This document shows positions 19,291-29,551 of a stretch of 58,419 nucleotides of DNA, in pieces (the first letter of the stretch is position 1; each line of letters opens with the position of its first letter). Under the pieces are notes generated by a model. The model worked only from the letters and a program-made list of their open reading frames with translations. It did not search any database and had not been told where the DNA came from. Origin of the DNA: a virus (Duplodnaviria > Caudoviricetes); IMG/VR virus record IMGVR_UViG_3300016471_000965, positions 1 to 58,419 of that record. One strand, written 5' to 3'. A program made the position numbers and the translations under genes.

Positions 19291-20652
19291 TCATGAATTT
19301 AGCTTGTACAAAGATATCTTGCCAGTCATCGATCCAGAGTCTGGAACAAAGACGATGCTGGTTATGTTTGTGGACGTGTCCGTCCACCTGCCCGAGAACC
19401 ACTGAGTGCTAGCTGTATTTGCTAGCGACATTCCAGTCGCTCTCACCTCGTTAGTGTGTCCCAATACGACCCTGACCTTTCCTGACGAGGCGTAGAAAAA
19501 CATTTCAAACGATATGTTAGAGCCGGCGGTTCCGTCTCTCATTATCCTCAACCCGTCAGACCATGAGGTAGAAGAAGACACTGTGTCGCTTGTGTCTCTT
19601 AAACATTGACCTGCCTGGTTTGTGAATAGATTGTTTGGTTTTGCGTATACTCTAACGCCGGTAGACAGCGTAATTTCTCCTATGATGTAGTAGATACCGT
19701 CTGTGTTACCGTTCAAGCTTGAAAACGTAGTAGAAGACGATGCGGATAGAGTTTGGGATTGTACTAGTTGTATTGCAGGTGTCCCTCCTCCGCCACCAGC
19801 GGCTCCTTGCGCTCCCGCAGACCCCTGCGCGCCTGTCGTTCCAGCCACAGAGGTTCCTTGAGCTCCTTGGGCTCCTCTTGGTCCTGCACCTCCGGAAAGA
19901 ATGCTCTGTGGGCCTGCAGGTCCATTAGCGCCCTGCGCGCCTTGTGATCCAGAATTTCCAACTGCTCCTGTTGAACCAATTGACCCAGTTGATCCAGCGG
20001 CCCCCTGCGCTCCTTGATTTCCTTTTTGACCCGAAAGACCTTGGGGTCCCGCAGATCCCGTGGTACCGGTATGACCTTTATCACCGGTTAAACCGGCGTC
20101 GCCTTGCGGACCAGCATTTCCCTGTCCACCGGCAGCTCCAGTCGCTCCTTGTGCTCCTTGGTTTCCTGGGGCTCCGTTTGAACCAGCTGAACCCTGTGGT
20201 CCCGGTGCTCCATTGGCACCACCTCCAGCCGATCCCTGCGCACCGGCTGGACCGGAGTCTCCTGTTGAGCCTTGCGATCCCATAGCTCCCGCAGCTCCGG
20301 TGGATCCGGTGGACCCCATAGCCCCAACCGAACCCTGTGGTCCACTGTCACCGACGTCTCCCTGGTCTCCTTGGATTCCTTTCGCTCCTGCGGCACCGGT
20401 AGAACCAGTCGGACCGATAGAACCAGCTGTTCCTACTGCTCCCGCGGAACCCGTTGCTCCTGTTGGACCCGCTCCACCGCCGCCACCTGATGCCGTCACG
20501 GCCACCCACGTACCACCACCTGAGCTTTTATAAACCGCGCCGGTGGTCGTTAGGACCGCAAGAGAGTTTACAACTGCAACAACACCGCTTGGGTCGCTGT
20601 CGACACGTAGTAGCTCTATTCCACTAAATTCTCTTCTCGATAAAACTGCCAT
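19291..20652 (-). CDS. collagen-like fibre protein, paralogue 2
   Basis: same architecture. Confidence 0.85.
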   Translation of the reverse strand: MAVLSRREFSGIELLRVDSDPSGVVAVVNSLAVLTTTGAVYKSSGGGTWVAVTASGGGGGAGPTGATGSAGAVGTAGSIGPTGSTGAAGAKGIQGDQGDVGDSGPQGSVGAMGSTGSTGAAGAMGSQGSTGDSGPAGAQGSAGGGANGAPGPQGSAGSNGAPGNQGAQGATGAAGGQGNAGPQGDAGLTGDKGHTGTTGSAGPQGLSGQKGNQGAQGAAGSTGSIGSTGAVGNSGSQGAQGANGPAGPQSILSGGAGPRGAQGAQGTSVAGTTGAQGSAGAQGAAGGGGGTPAIQLVQSQTLSASSSTTFSSLNGNTDGIYYIIGEITLSTGVRVYAKPNNLFTNQAGQCLRDTSDTVSSSTSWSDGLRIMRDGTAGSNISFEMFFYASSGKVRVVLGHTNEVRATGMSLANTASTQWFSGRWTDTSTNITSIVFVPDSGSMTGKISLYKLNS

Positions 20653-20671
20653 GGGTCAAGTCCTTTCTTCA

Positions 20672-22045
20672 TCACCTAGCTAATTTATATAGCGATATTC
20701 TACCCGTCATCGTTCCGGACGACACCGCCACGTCGAGGCTGGTTATGTTCGTGGTCGTATCTGTCCAGACAGAACCTGTGTTTCCGGCGCTCTGCATATA
20801 GCCTTCACCAGCAGTGCCTCGTTGTTCGAACGATATGGACGTCATGACGCGAGCACGTCCCGTCGCCGCGCTGAGCTTTGCGACCCATCCGTGCGCGACA
20901 GAAGTGCCACCACCGCGGGTAAATCGCATCGTCGACCCAGTCGCTCTGTCTTCTGTGCCGTCTACCCATTGAGCGTGCGCAGTAAAGTTTTGATTCGTCG
21001 ATAGACCATTCGGTCTGAGGTCTGGTGAACCGCCGCTGGTGTAGATGTGTCCTACTATCAAATATGTTTCATCTACATCTCCGTTGAGGCTGGAGAACGT
21101 GACGGATCCCGTTGCGACAGATATCGATTTTGACTCCACAAGTGTGTATGCTCCCGTGGAGCCTCCCGAAGACCCCTGCGGGCCTTGGGCACCTTGGGCA
21201 CCTTGAGCGCCTTGAGTACCAACACCTTGAGCACCTGCAAAACCCTGCATCCCTTGTGGGCCGGTCGGTCCGGCGCCGCCTTGAGCGCCTTGAGCACCTG
21301 ACGCTCCTGCGGTGATCACTGCAGACCCTTGTGTTCCCTGCGGTCCTTGCGATCCCTGGGCTCCGTCGGCACCATTTGCTCCGGTGTCCCCTTGAGCTCC
21401 TTCAGCACCCAAAGAACCTTGAGTCCCGGCGGAACCTGCATCGCCCGTTGTTCCTTGCGCGCCCTGCGGTCCTTGCGATCCTTGCGGACCGGTCGAACCT
21501 TGGGAGCCAGAGGCTCCGACGTCTCCATTAGAGCCCTGGGTTCCTTGGGATCCATCTGCTCCTGCTGAACCTTGAGCACCTTGCGCTCCGGAAGACCCTG
21601 CGGCGCCGTCTGCTCCGGCTGATCCCTGCGGACCCCTATCGCCATCAGGTCCAGCCGACCCCTGTGCTCCCTGGCTGCCCGCAGAACCTTGCGATCCTTG
21701 TGGTCCTTGTGCTCCTTGGTTTCCTTTTTGTCCTGTGCTTCCTGCATCACCAGGTGATCCTTGCGATCCTTGTGAGCCTTGTGGTCCCTGTGATCCAGCA
21801 GCTCCTGTAGAGCCCTGCGGTCCTCTGGCACCTTGCGCGCCCTGTGAACCTGCACCACCAGAAGGAATCACAAGCGGTGTTCCAGCAGTCACAAGAGACC
21901 AAGAAGTTCCACCGGTATTTTTATACACAGCACCATTTACTGTGAGAACAGCTAAAGAACCAATTAAGGCAGAGACACCATTTGGGTTTGAATCAACCCT
22001 TAGTAACTCGATGCCCCTGTAATTACGTCTAGATAGAACAGCCAT
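20672..22045 (-). CDS. collagen-like fibre protein, paralogue 1
   Basis: same architecture; GAAAGGGA SD. Confidence 0.85.
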   Translation of the reverse strand: MAVLSRRNYRGIELLRVDSNPNGVSALIGSLAVLTVNGAVYKNTGGTSWSLVTAGTPLVIPSGGAGSQGAQGARGPQGSTGAAGSQGPQGSQGSQGSPGDAGSTGQKGNQGAQGPQGSQGSAGSQGAQGSAGPDGDRGPQGSAGADGAAGSSGAQGAQGSAGADGSQGTQGSNGDVGASGSQGSTGPQGSQGPQGAQGTTGDAGSAGTQGSLGAEGAQGDTGANGADGAQGSQGPQGTQGSAVITAGASGAQGAQGGAGPTGPQGMQGFAGAQGVGTQGAQGAQGAQGPQGSSGGSTGAYTLVESKSISVATGSVTFSSLNGDVDETYLIVGHIYTSGGSPDLRPNGLSTNQNFTAHAQWVDGTEDRATGSTMRFTRGGGTSVAHGWVAKLSAATGRARVMTSISFEQRGTAGEGYMQSAGNTGSVWTDTTTNITSLDVAVSSGTMTGRISLYKLAR

Positions 22046-22134
22046 ACAAGTGTCCCTTTCAAGATAAAATGAAAGCCAAACACAAATATGTATTCAACAT
22101 CCATTCGTCTTTAATAATGATTTTAAAATATTTT

Positions 22135-23010
22135 TTACCATGTCCACCATTTATCTCCGTCACAAAAAAGACGAATGGATTGAAGATCAGCTGTAAGAGT
22201 TATTGATGAAGAATTATCTATTTTTGTTGATCCAGAACCAGAACCGTCGACTTGATTCACAAGTACGTTAACGTTGTTTGAACCTGATCTTTTTAAAACA
22301 TAGGTCTTACCACTTGACTCAGAAACAGTAGGTAGAATTAGATCAATAACACCAGAATTTGTGTCAACAACTACAAAGTATTGAAAAAGAGTTAATTCAG
22401 CGTTTGAAGACAACTTGTCAACTGCAAACCTTGAACCATTTATTATTCCCGAAACGTTTATATCTCCTTCAACGTTTGTGTTAGATAAGAATGTAACATC
22501 ATTTATAAACGCAGATTCACCAATTAGCGTCGCAGTGCCAGTGACAGAAAGATCACCACCAACAGCTGCACTACCAGAGATTAATCCAGAGCTTTCAGCT
22601 GTGAATGCCGACATCATTAGTACTTCTCCCATCATCGCAACAGGGCCAATTGCGGTGATGCATTCTGAAACTGATAAATTCGTTATTGTCAATGACTCAG
22701 CAACATCATCAAAAACAAGCCCAGGGTTACCGGCAAAAGTTCCAGATTCGTCACGATATTGCACCTCACCTTGTGATCCACCTGGAGATCCTCCACTGGA
22801 ATTTATGGTGAGAGATTGGTTCGTTCCAGCGTCTCCTGTTAAGGTGATCGTTACGTTTGAGCCCGCCGTCAACTTCGACCCAAGGAATCCTGGGGTCAAA
22901 TCATCTGTTGACGCTCGAACCTTTGTGAAGTCTTTTTCTAATGAATCATCTATGTCAGCAGATGATATCGTTCCGTCCTGTATCTGGCTACCTTTTACTT
23001 GAGTCGTCAC
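22135..23010 (-). CDS. putative virion fibre/structural protein
   Basis: PGGS.GEVQYRD..G.F.G and C-terminal LILP...GK.Y..K...DG..WW motifs typical of fibre proteins. Confidence 0.65.
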   Translation of the reverse strand: MTTQVKGSQIQDGTISSADIDDSLEKDFTKVRASTDDLTPGFLGSKLTAGSNVTITLTGDAGTNQSLTINSSGGSPGGSQGEVQYRDESGTFAGNPGLVFDDVAESLTITNLSVSECITAIGPVAMMGEVLMMSAFTAESSGLISGSAAVGGDLSVTGTATLIGESAFINDVTFLSNTNVEGDINVSGIINGSRFAVDKLSSNAELTLFQYFVVVDTNSGVIDLILPTVSESSGKTYVLKRSGSNNVNVLVNQVDGSGSGSTKIDNSSSITLTADLQSIRLFCDGDKWWTW

Positions 23011-23127
23011 AAGAATATCTATGGACTAAAAGAGAATCATTATACATTCCTTGAACGTATTGCCCTTTTAATTTATTCAAGAAAAATTAATTGATACTTA
23101 TTAAGTAATTTAAGGAAGATAACACCT

Positions 23128-23469
23128 GTGGAAAAAGAGCTTAACTCATTAAGAAGTATTATCCGTCAATTGGTAAAAGAATCAATCCTGAGAGAGGATG
23201 AAACACCCGGTGGTCCGATAACAGACCTTGGCGCCGAGAAGATCGTAAATCCATCTGATTACATGTCAGATTTTCGTAAAGCTCTTGTGGCGTCAGATGG
23301 GATCGTTAAGAAAGCTGCAAGAACGCTTGGCATCGCCACCCGCACTGCACACTATCATATTGCACAAAGCCCAGAGCTTCAAAAGGTAAAAATTAAGGCG
23401 AGACAAGAGGCAAGGCGTGCTAGGGCTGAAAGAAGAAAATCGATAGAAAAATCATCTTCTAAAGAATAA
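23128..23469 (+). CDS. Fis/NtrC-type helix-turn-helix protein with shared N-terminal motif
   Basis: KALVASDGIVKKAARTLGIATRTAHYHI matches the HTH_8 pattern. Confidence 0.65.
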   Translation: MEKELNSLRSIIRQLVKESILREDETPGGPITDLGAEKIVNPSDYMSDFRKALVASDGIVKKAARTLGIATRTAHYHIAQSPELQKVKIKARQEARRARAERRKSIEKSSSKE

Positions 23470-24642
23470 ATTCTTTCTTCTCGCGATTATCGTTCCTATA
23501 AATAACATGACAATCGAATGATTAATTCTTGAAGAAAAATTTGGGATTGTTGAACAGCCCACCCACAACAAAGGTTTTTGTTCCTCGTCTTTCGTTGTTG
23601 GCGGACCCGATTTTCCATCACCTTCTTCAATGACTGAAGGATCTTCCTCTACAGGAGCGGGTGGTTGCGCCTGCGGTGGTGCACAATCAACGTCAAGGGT
23701 TCCACACTTCTTGTTACACGAACCGTCAGCCGAGCAACAATCCTTATCCAAGGAGGGGCAGTCTTCCCTGCAGACCCCATCATCCAAGCATCCTTCACAA
23801 TCAACGTCTTGACTCAAGTCGGAACACTCTGCTGTGCAGAAGCCGTCAGCAGCACACGGGCAGTCAAGGTCTGGTGCTAGACAACCTGAAACACATTTAC
23901 CATCTAACTCACAGGTTCCTGCAAACTTCTCGTGGGTCGCAACGTACTTCTCGATCCACGTGATAGAGTCATCGGTTCGAGCTGAAGCATCTAACCCAGA
24001 CCCGCATGCTGCAGTGCCGAAGCTCGTTGCAGCTAGGACGTATTCTTTGCCACTCAAGGTAATGAAGTTGGGACCTCCGGAATCGCCGTAACAAGTCGAC
24101 GAAGGTTTGACGGAAGTGTAGACGAGTCCGGGCTCTACTTCGAGTAGGCTGGTCCATCCGTGGCGCTTCTTTCCGGAATCACTCTTGTATTCTCCGGTGA
24201 CCCCGAAACCCACGATGTGGACGTCGATTCCGATGAGAGAATTTGGGTTCGTGGTGTTGACTGGAATCGGATCGGTCGGACCAGGGGACGCCAACGTGAT
24301 GAGAGCTAGATCGCCAGGACCACCAGAATAACCTTTGGGGTTGTTCTCGTAGTGGACGGCCTTGATCCATGTACCGGACCCATAGGCATCGTTACCGAAC
24401 ATTACCTCGATGGACTTGTACGACACGCCCTCGGTACAGTGCTTCGCAGTGAGGACGATCGATGGTGATATCAGCGTTCCTGTGCACGAACCTCCGCCGA
24501 GGTCGACGTACACCGCGGCTGGGTGTCCTGAATATGATGAACCATTGACAATCGAAGAGTCTACTTCACCGGTTCTTTCTATCGACTTTTCAGGTCCGCA
24601 CCCCAAAACAAGACACAAAAACGGCACCACTGCTTTCTTCAT
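23452..24642 (-). CDS. trypsin-like (S1) serine protease lipoprotein with Cys-rich repeats and MYXO-CTERM-like tail
   Basis: LGC lipobox; VLTAKHC, GDLALI, CYGDSGGP triad; C-terminal GC...hydrophobic...RRK. Confidence 0.85.
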   Translation of the reverse strand: MKKAVVPFLCLVLGCGPEKSIERTGEVDSSIVNGSSYSGHPAAVYVDLGGGSCTGTLISPSIVLTAKHCTEGVSYKSIEVMFGNDAYGSGTWIKAVHYENNPKGYSGGPGDLALITLASPGPTDPIPVNTTNPNSLIGIDVHIVGFGVTGEYKSDSGKKRHGWTSLLEVEPGLVYTSVKPSSTCYGDSGGPNFITLSGKEYVLAATSFGTAACGSGLDASARTDDSITWIEKYVATHEKFAGTCELDGKCVSGCLAPDLDCPCAADGFCTAECSDLSQDVDCEGCLDDGVCREDCPSLDKDCCSADGSCNKKCGTLDVDCAPPQAQPPAPVEEDPSVIEEGDGKSGPPTTKDEEQKPLLWVGCSTIPNFSSRINHSIVMLFIGTIIARRKNLFFRR

Positions 24643-24767
24643 ATCCTACCTCTACTGAAGATAGATATTCTTAAAACAGTGGTTGTTAACCAGCTGGTCA
24701 ACTTTTAAGTAAAAAATAAGATGGCTTTGTGCGCAAGGCAACAACTCCATATGTCCGGTTGGTCATC

Positions 24768-25109
24768 CTACCGGTCTTCCACGCTTTCCAACCAAACGAA
24801 CTTGTCGAAAGACCCTTTCTCTCTTCGTTTTTGCTTTGCCCTTAGCTCTAGGTCTGCGTCGATGTACCCAGCCTCGTATACCATCGCGAGGAGAACCTCT
24901 AATACGTCGGCGACTTCTTCAAGAACTTCTTCTGGATCTTTCGCCGCATGAAGCTCATCGACTTCTTCGTTCAGCTTGTTTCGTAACGCCTCCCAGCGGT
25001 CTTCCTTGGTCAAGGTATGATACCTCGGTCGACGACCTGAGCGCTCGATCAATTGCGGAATTTTGTCTCGAACCAATTTTCGAAACGTTACGCGGTCAAT
25101 CGTTCGCAT
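24768..25109 (-). CDS. MazG/HisE-like nucleoside triphosphate pyrophosphohydrolase
   Basis: KLVRDKIP...KLNEEVDEL...EEVADVLEV...KR.EKGSF. Confidence 0.85.
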   Translation of the reverse strand: MRTIDRVTFRKLVRDKIPQLIERSGRRPRYHTLTKEDRWEALRNKLNEEVDELHAAKDPEEVLEEVADVLEVLLAMVYEAGYIDADLELRAKQKRREKGSFDKFVWLESVEDR

Positions 25110-25755
25110 CCGCTAAGCCCTCCAGCATCTTGTAGTCTCCAATGATTCCTTCTTGAGTACCGACGACCGTCATGTTACGAGGGTCCACGATCGTGTGGTA
25201 CGGCATTCCGAACACGACGTCTGGTAGCATCAGAGCCAGTGGATCGACTCCGACGTCGGCATCGACAAGGTAATAGTCAAGCCTCCACTTCAGCGCCACG
25301 ACTGGGGTCGCGACCTTACCATCCTCCGTGTCTACGATGAGTACGACGACTTTGATACGCCGACCCTCTGACTTCCATGTCGAGATTCTCTCTGCGAGTA
25401 GGCCCGCCTCCGCGGCGCACTTCTCACACTGGTGCTTTGTGGTGACGACCATGACTGCGTCTGTCCCTCTTTCGCCGGTGGGATCGTACCAGTCACGAGG
25501 CTGAAGCTTTACTTCTCCAGAAGAAGTTTGCCCGTGCCGGAACCCTTCCCAGTTCATTCCTTCTGGAATCACCTGAGATAGCTTGACACCCGAGTCTCCC
25601 ATGGGCCACGGCGGTTCGGAACCTCCCCCCGATGAAGATGATGTCCCGACCCCTCCGACAGTCTGAGACCCAAAGATGTTCTTATCCTCGAAGTCCCTGT
25701 CTGGTCCACATCCGACGAGGAATGCAATCGCGCTGTAGATCAACTTGTTTTTCAT
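25096..25755 (-). CDS. thioredoxin-fold lipoprotein
   Basis: LVGC lipobox, Ser/Gly linker, CEKC, MP...IVDP. Confidence 0.65.
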   Translation of the reverse strand: MKNKLIYSAIAFLVGCGPDRDFEDKNIFGSQTVGGVGTSSSSGGGSEPPWPMGDSGVKLSQVIPEGMNWEGFRHGQTSSGEVKLQPRDWYDPTGERGTDAVMVVTTKHQCEKCAAEAGLLAERISTWKSEGRRIKVVVLIVDTEDGKVATPVVALKWRLDYYLVDADVGVDPLALMLPDVVFGMPYHTIVDPRNMTVVGTQEGIIGDYKMLEGLADAND

Positions 25756-26309
25756 CGCATCTTCCTTTTTGTAACGTAGTCGTGCATCGCGATGGATGCA
25801 GCTACACCAACATTCATGCTCCTCACGGAGCCAAAGTTTGGGATCTCCACGAGGACGTCGCACATTTTGAGAACATCGTCTGCAATACCATTGCATTCTT
25901 CGCCGACGACGATACACGGTGGTTTCGGTAGGTTCCAGCTGAACTGGTGGATCGAGATCGTCCCTGGAATATTGTTCTCCAGTCCGACCAATGTATACCT
26001 GTCTTTTAATTCAAGAATATTCTGTGGGTCACTCATGAACTGCATCGGGGTGTAGTTGTGGACCCCGACGCAGCCCCGACGGTCGAACTTCTTCTTTCCA
26101 CAGTAGAAGAACTCGCGAACGCCGTGGAAGTTCGCCGACCGTAGGACGGTGCCGATGTTGAAGTCACCTGTGATGTGAGTCATGAGGACGGCGAAACCGT
26201 TGGACCGATCGTCCAACCGGCGGCGGATGTCTTCGTCAGGCAACTCCTTGAATTCATCGATGACATTTCGGGTCCATGCGCAGAACGGGCTGTCTGGATC
26301 GTACGGCAT
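25752..26309 (-). CDS. SpoU/TrmH family RNA 2'-O-methyltransferase
   Basis: NIGTVLRSA, VGEE..GI, IP..G.VRSMNVGVA; class I promoter at 26310-26345. Confidence 0.88.
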   Translation of the reverse strand: MPYDPDSPFCAWTRNVIDEFKELPDEDIRRRLDDRSNGFAVLMTHITGDFNIGTVLRSANFHGVREFFYCGKKKFDRRGCVGVHNYTPMQFMSDPQNILELKDRYTLVGLENNIPGTISIHQFSWNLPKPPCIVVGEECNGIADDVLKMCDVLVEIPNFGSVRSMNVGVAASIAMHDYVTKRKMR

Positions 26310-26387
26310 GGTATGATATTACTGTGCCGTGTTTTAAATTTGCACCCAGGTGATCAATCGTGTTTATTTGGTTAATAGTTATATGCA

Positions 26388-27440
26388 GTGATGAAGACAG
26401 AAGTACTAAAAAATTACATCAACGAGATCTTGAGGGTAACAGTCCAAAGAATTGATCCTAGTGATGAAAAAAAAGTTAGCAAGACTTACACAAAAGATTT
26501 TGATGTTCATGATGATGATGCTGACGAGCTGGATTGGTTCCTTGACAACTACGCCAGGCCGGTGATAAATTACAAAATCAAGAAAGAAACAGACAAGATA
26601 ACCGGTGATAAAAAGAAAGTCAGGGTGTATGATGGAAAATCGGAAGACCAGATAAGCTCTTTAATGAATCGCTTAGCCACCATCGCTTCACAGTCAGGTA
26701 AATCTCTAGACACAAGAAAGTTAATGAACGTGATGTTGCCTTGGGGTGAGGAGGGTTACAAGGCTATCAGCCTCATAGCGACTCACACTGAAAGGACTGC
26801 GGTTCCATTTCCTTTCTTTCAAATGAAAAAATCTGCCACAATTGGATCTTCGATAGATTTTTCAAGGTTGCCCGTTTCAAAAAGGGTTTTGGATTATGCT
26901 TATAACGTCACGCCTAGAATCGGAAAGAATGATACAGGTAAGGGAGAATTCATCATAGCACTTCTTACCGGTGGAATTGCTGGAACTGAGGGGCTACATG
27001 GTGACCTTGAAATCGATGGAAAAGATTGGGAGGTCAAGGGCCCGAGCGACAGCGGCGCGATAAGATTGGGCGATCTGCCGTCTAGCGTTTTTAGAGAAAA
27101 GTTTTCTGAACTATACAAAAACAATAAAGATATTGCACCCAAGATAAGTGAAAGAAGCAAGGTTCCCTTTAAATCACCGGAATCAACCCTTGCTGCATGT
27201 GCAACGAGGAGTGGCTACAATGACCTGCGAGGTCCTGAAGGAAAAAATTTCCCAGAAATTTTTGGAAAAAATGGAGTACTGAACAAAGCTGTTAGGCTCA
27301 CACTCAAAGAATCTGGGATTGAGGGATTGGCTCTTGTTTATCCTGAAGGAGTCAGGTTTGTGTCGACAGATGATTTTGAATTCTACAACAGTGGCGGCAA
27401 AAGCGGACGTCTTCACATCATTCTACGTGATAGTGTATAA
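26388..27440 (+). CDS. putative PD-(D/E)XK nuclease-like protein
   Basis: GKGE...GDLEIDGKDWEVKG; ATAGTTAT-N5-GTG; LKNYINE N-terminal motif. Confidence 0.55.
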   Translation: MMKTEVLKNYINEILRVTVQRIDPSDEKKVSKTYTKDFDVHDDDADELDWFLDNYARPVINYKIKKETDKITGDKKKVRVYDGKSEDQISSLMNRLATIASQSGKSLDTRKLMNVMLPWGEEGYKAISLIATHTERTAVPFPFFQMKKSATIGSSIDFSRLPVSKRVLDYAYNVTPRIGKNDTGKGEFIIALLTGGIAGTEGLHGDLEIDGKDWEVKGPSDSGAIRLGDLPSSVFREKFSELYKNNKDIAPKISERSKVPFKSPESTLAACATRSGYNDLRGPEGKNFPEIFGKNGVLNKAVRLTLKESGIEGLALVYPEGVRFVSTDDFEFYNSGGKSGRLHIILRDSV

Positions 27441-27471
27441 ATGATTAACACCATCTCGGTATGATCAAATA

Positions 27472-27708
27472 TCATGTATCCCAAGGATAACCACCGTCCC
27501 CATCACCTTCACGGTTTGGCTGCGTATATTCAACATTTGATGGGTCAACATGACCTTCATCAAGATCATCATAAAAATTTTCAGGTGATCGTGAATTCAT
27601 CCCCTTTGGTAACCTAAGTTTTGATTTTTTTGGTTCTCTTGCCGTTTTTTTTTCGGAGATTAAAACATCTCTAATCAAACTACGTAAATGACTTATTTTT
27701 ATCTTCAT
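27472..27708 (-). CDS. MKIKISHLRSLIRD-family protein
   Basis: ATAGTTAT-N6-ATG. Confidence 0.65.
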   Translation of the reverse strand: MKIKISHLRSLIRDVLISEKKTAREPKKSKLRLPKGMNSRSPENFYDDLDEGHVDPSNVEYTQPNREGDGDGGYPWDT

Positions 27709-27754
27709 TGGAAGATAACTATCAACGGGATTGACGGAGAGATAATAAATTTTC

Positions 27755-28033
27755 TCACACCCAACCGTTGTTCTTTCTATCAACGAACCAATTGTAATAT
27801 TCAACGATTCTAGAATTGTCTTCACGTGGACACCTGTCAAGATAGATGCGACGGAATTCATCATAATTTCCGCGTTCAACCGCCTCCATCATTGCTCGGA
27901 TTTCAACCTTGGAAAAATTCGAATCACCTTCATCACGGTGCACATCACTATCATTACGGTAGTTGATTGCCTTAGAAAAAGCTTTAACTGCGTAATCGGC
28001 TAGCAATAATTTCCCAAACCAGCTTAATTTCAT
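27755..28033 (-). CDS. hypothetical protein
   Basis: GGAGG SD. Confidence 0.6.
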   Translation of the reverse strand: MKLSWFGKLLLADYAVKAFSKAINYRNDSDVHRDEGDSNFSKVEIRAMMEAVERGNYDEFRRIYLDRCPREDNSRIVEYYNWFVDRKNNGWV

Positions 28034-28053
28034 AAACCTCCAATTAAAATATT

Positions 28054-28308
28054 TTATTCGTTGTCTTCTAGCAAATTTAATCTGCTAGTAAACGTCCAAC
28101 CAACATCCCCGGTTGATGACAGAACAAGTACAGATGGATCACTAGAGATAGGATTATCTACTCCCAACACAATAACAATCCCATTCGGTGCAATGTGACC
28201 ATTCTGACCAGTTACCCAAGAATCTACTAGCTCTCGAAGCCACACACCGCTCGTGTATCCTGGGTTCAAACGAAATAGTTCACCCACTATAGGAACACGT
28301 TGTCTCAT
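28054..28308 (-). CDS. small SH3-like protein
   Basis: VGELF...GDVGW. Confidence 0.55.
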   Translation of the reverse strand: MRQRVPIVGELFRLNPGYTSGVWLRELVDSWVTGQNGHIAPNGIVIVLGVDNPISSDPSVLVLSSTGDVGWTFTSRLNLLEDNE

Positions 28309-28418
28309 CTATACTCATTATACAAACCTCTATAACAGAATTGTATAATTCTTATCATCAAGAAGTCATTCGTGTGATGGTCTCTTGATTCGCTCAATCG
28401 AATCTTCATAGGGAATAA

Positions 28419-29078
28419 CTATCTCATCATTCTCAACATATCACCAAGCATCTTATCGACTTCTTCTACGGAAGTATACTCAGCTCCAAGATCGTTAAGG
28501 ATGATCATTAAGTTCCTCACTACACGCTTGTGAGCCACTCTCATGGGCGTAGGATCCACTCCACCACCCTCATAGGCTGCATCCATCACGTGATCAGGTC
28601 CACCATTCATTATCGGCTTTTGAAGTTCACAATCGTCAGATGGATCTTTGGGAGTACGTTTCTTTTCTTCTGGGGCGGAAATATCATCGAGGGGATAACT
28701 CTTCAACTTCCCAACCTGCTTTCCCCATGCTTCCTTTGCACGGGGAGAAGAAAACGTCCTGCTTGGCATCAACCTACCCGTAGGCACGAGAGAATATCCC
28801 AAACCATACAACAGCTTTCCGTATCCAATACCTGCTATAGAAAATACCTCCCAGGCATCCTTACACGGTTGATCAGGCTTGTGAAACGAAGCATAACCCT
28901 TCACGATACCAGCAGGAAAACCAGACCGGTCACTCCAGTCCAACGCCAACAACTTTTCGGGAGAATACAACACGATTTTTATATAACCCGGTCTAGGCTT
29001 CCACTCATACAAGGCAAGATCTTCACCCTCCAACGCCTCCCTGATTAATCGTCTTAAATCGCCTAATCGAATCTTCAT
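28419..29078 (-). CDS. MKIRLGDLRRLIRE-family protein (possible GNAT-like fold)
   Basis: GIGYGKLLY...SPRAKEAW. Confidence 0.6.
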   Translation of the reverse strand: MKIRLGDLRRLIREALEGEDLALYEWKPRPGYIKIVLYSPEKLLALDWSDRSGFPAGIVKGYASFHKPDQPCKDAWEVFSIAGIGYGKLLYGLGYSLVPTGRLMPSRTFSSPRAKEAWGKQVGKLKSYPLDDISAPEEKKRTPKDPSDDCELQKPIMNGGPDHVMDAAYEGGGVDPTPMRVAHKRVVRNLMIILNDLGAEYTSVEEVDKMLGDMLRMMR

Positions 29079-29086
29079 GGCATTAA

Positions 29087-29542
29087 TCACATTTCATCTG
29101 GTGTAGAAGAAACCTTCACCTTTTTCAGATCATCGCGGAGCGTTCTATACTCTTTTACCTTTTCGGTAAAAGTTTGCTTTAAATCAACGATGTCTTCTAG
29201 CGTGGTTGCCATCTTTATCATGTACTCTTCTCGACCAAGAAATGCCGGACGCTTCCAAAAAGAAGTGCTGTCAACGAATTCTTTTACCTTGCCAAGAAGC
29301 GTCTCAAGGACAATGAGCACATCCTCGAAAAGGTCAGTCCCGCCGGCTCGACTTTGTAGAACAGTAACTTGCCTCCTAATTTCGGCAAGAAGCCTCTCGA
29401 CCTTGTCCTTGTCCCTCGTGGCTCGAAGGGCGATCATTAATTGGTTGACGTTACCGACGATCGCTGACAATATCTGGGCAGGTGACTTGGGGACTCCAAT
29501 GGCCTCGACGATAAATTGACGTAGTAATTCTCTGTCTTTCAT
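29087..29542 (-). CDS. helical protein with LLRQFIVE N-terminal motif
   Basis: ATAGTTAT-N5-ATG. Confidence 0.65.
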   Translation of the reverse strand: MKDRELLRQFIVEAIGVPKSPAQILSAIVGNVNQLMIALRATRDKDKVERLLAEIRRQVTVLQSRAGGTDLFEDVLIVLETLLGKVKEFVDSTSFWKRPAFLGREEYMIKMATTLEDIVDLKQTFTEKVKEYRTLRDDLKKVKVSSTPDEM

Positions 29543-29551
29543 GGGGAATAA

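Noticed and set aside
17845-22045. Tandem 9-bp-periodic DNA repeats as a non-coding array or DGR
   Set aside because: Explained by Gly-X-Y coding; no reverse transcriptase or template/variable repeat pair was seen
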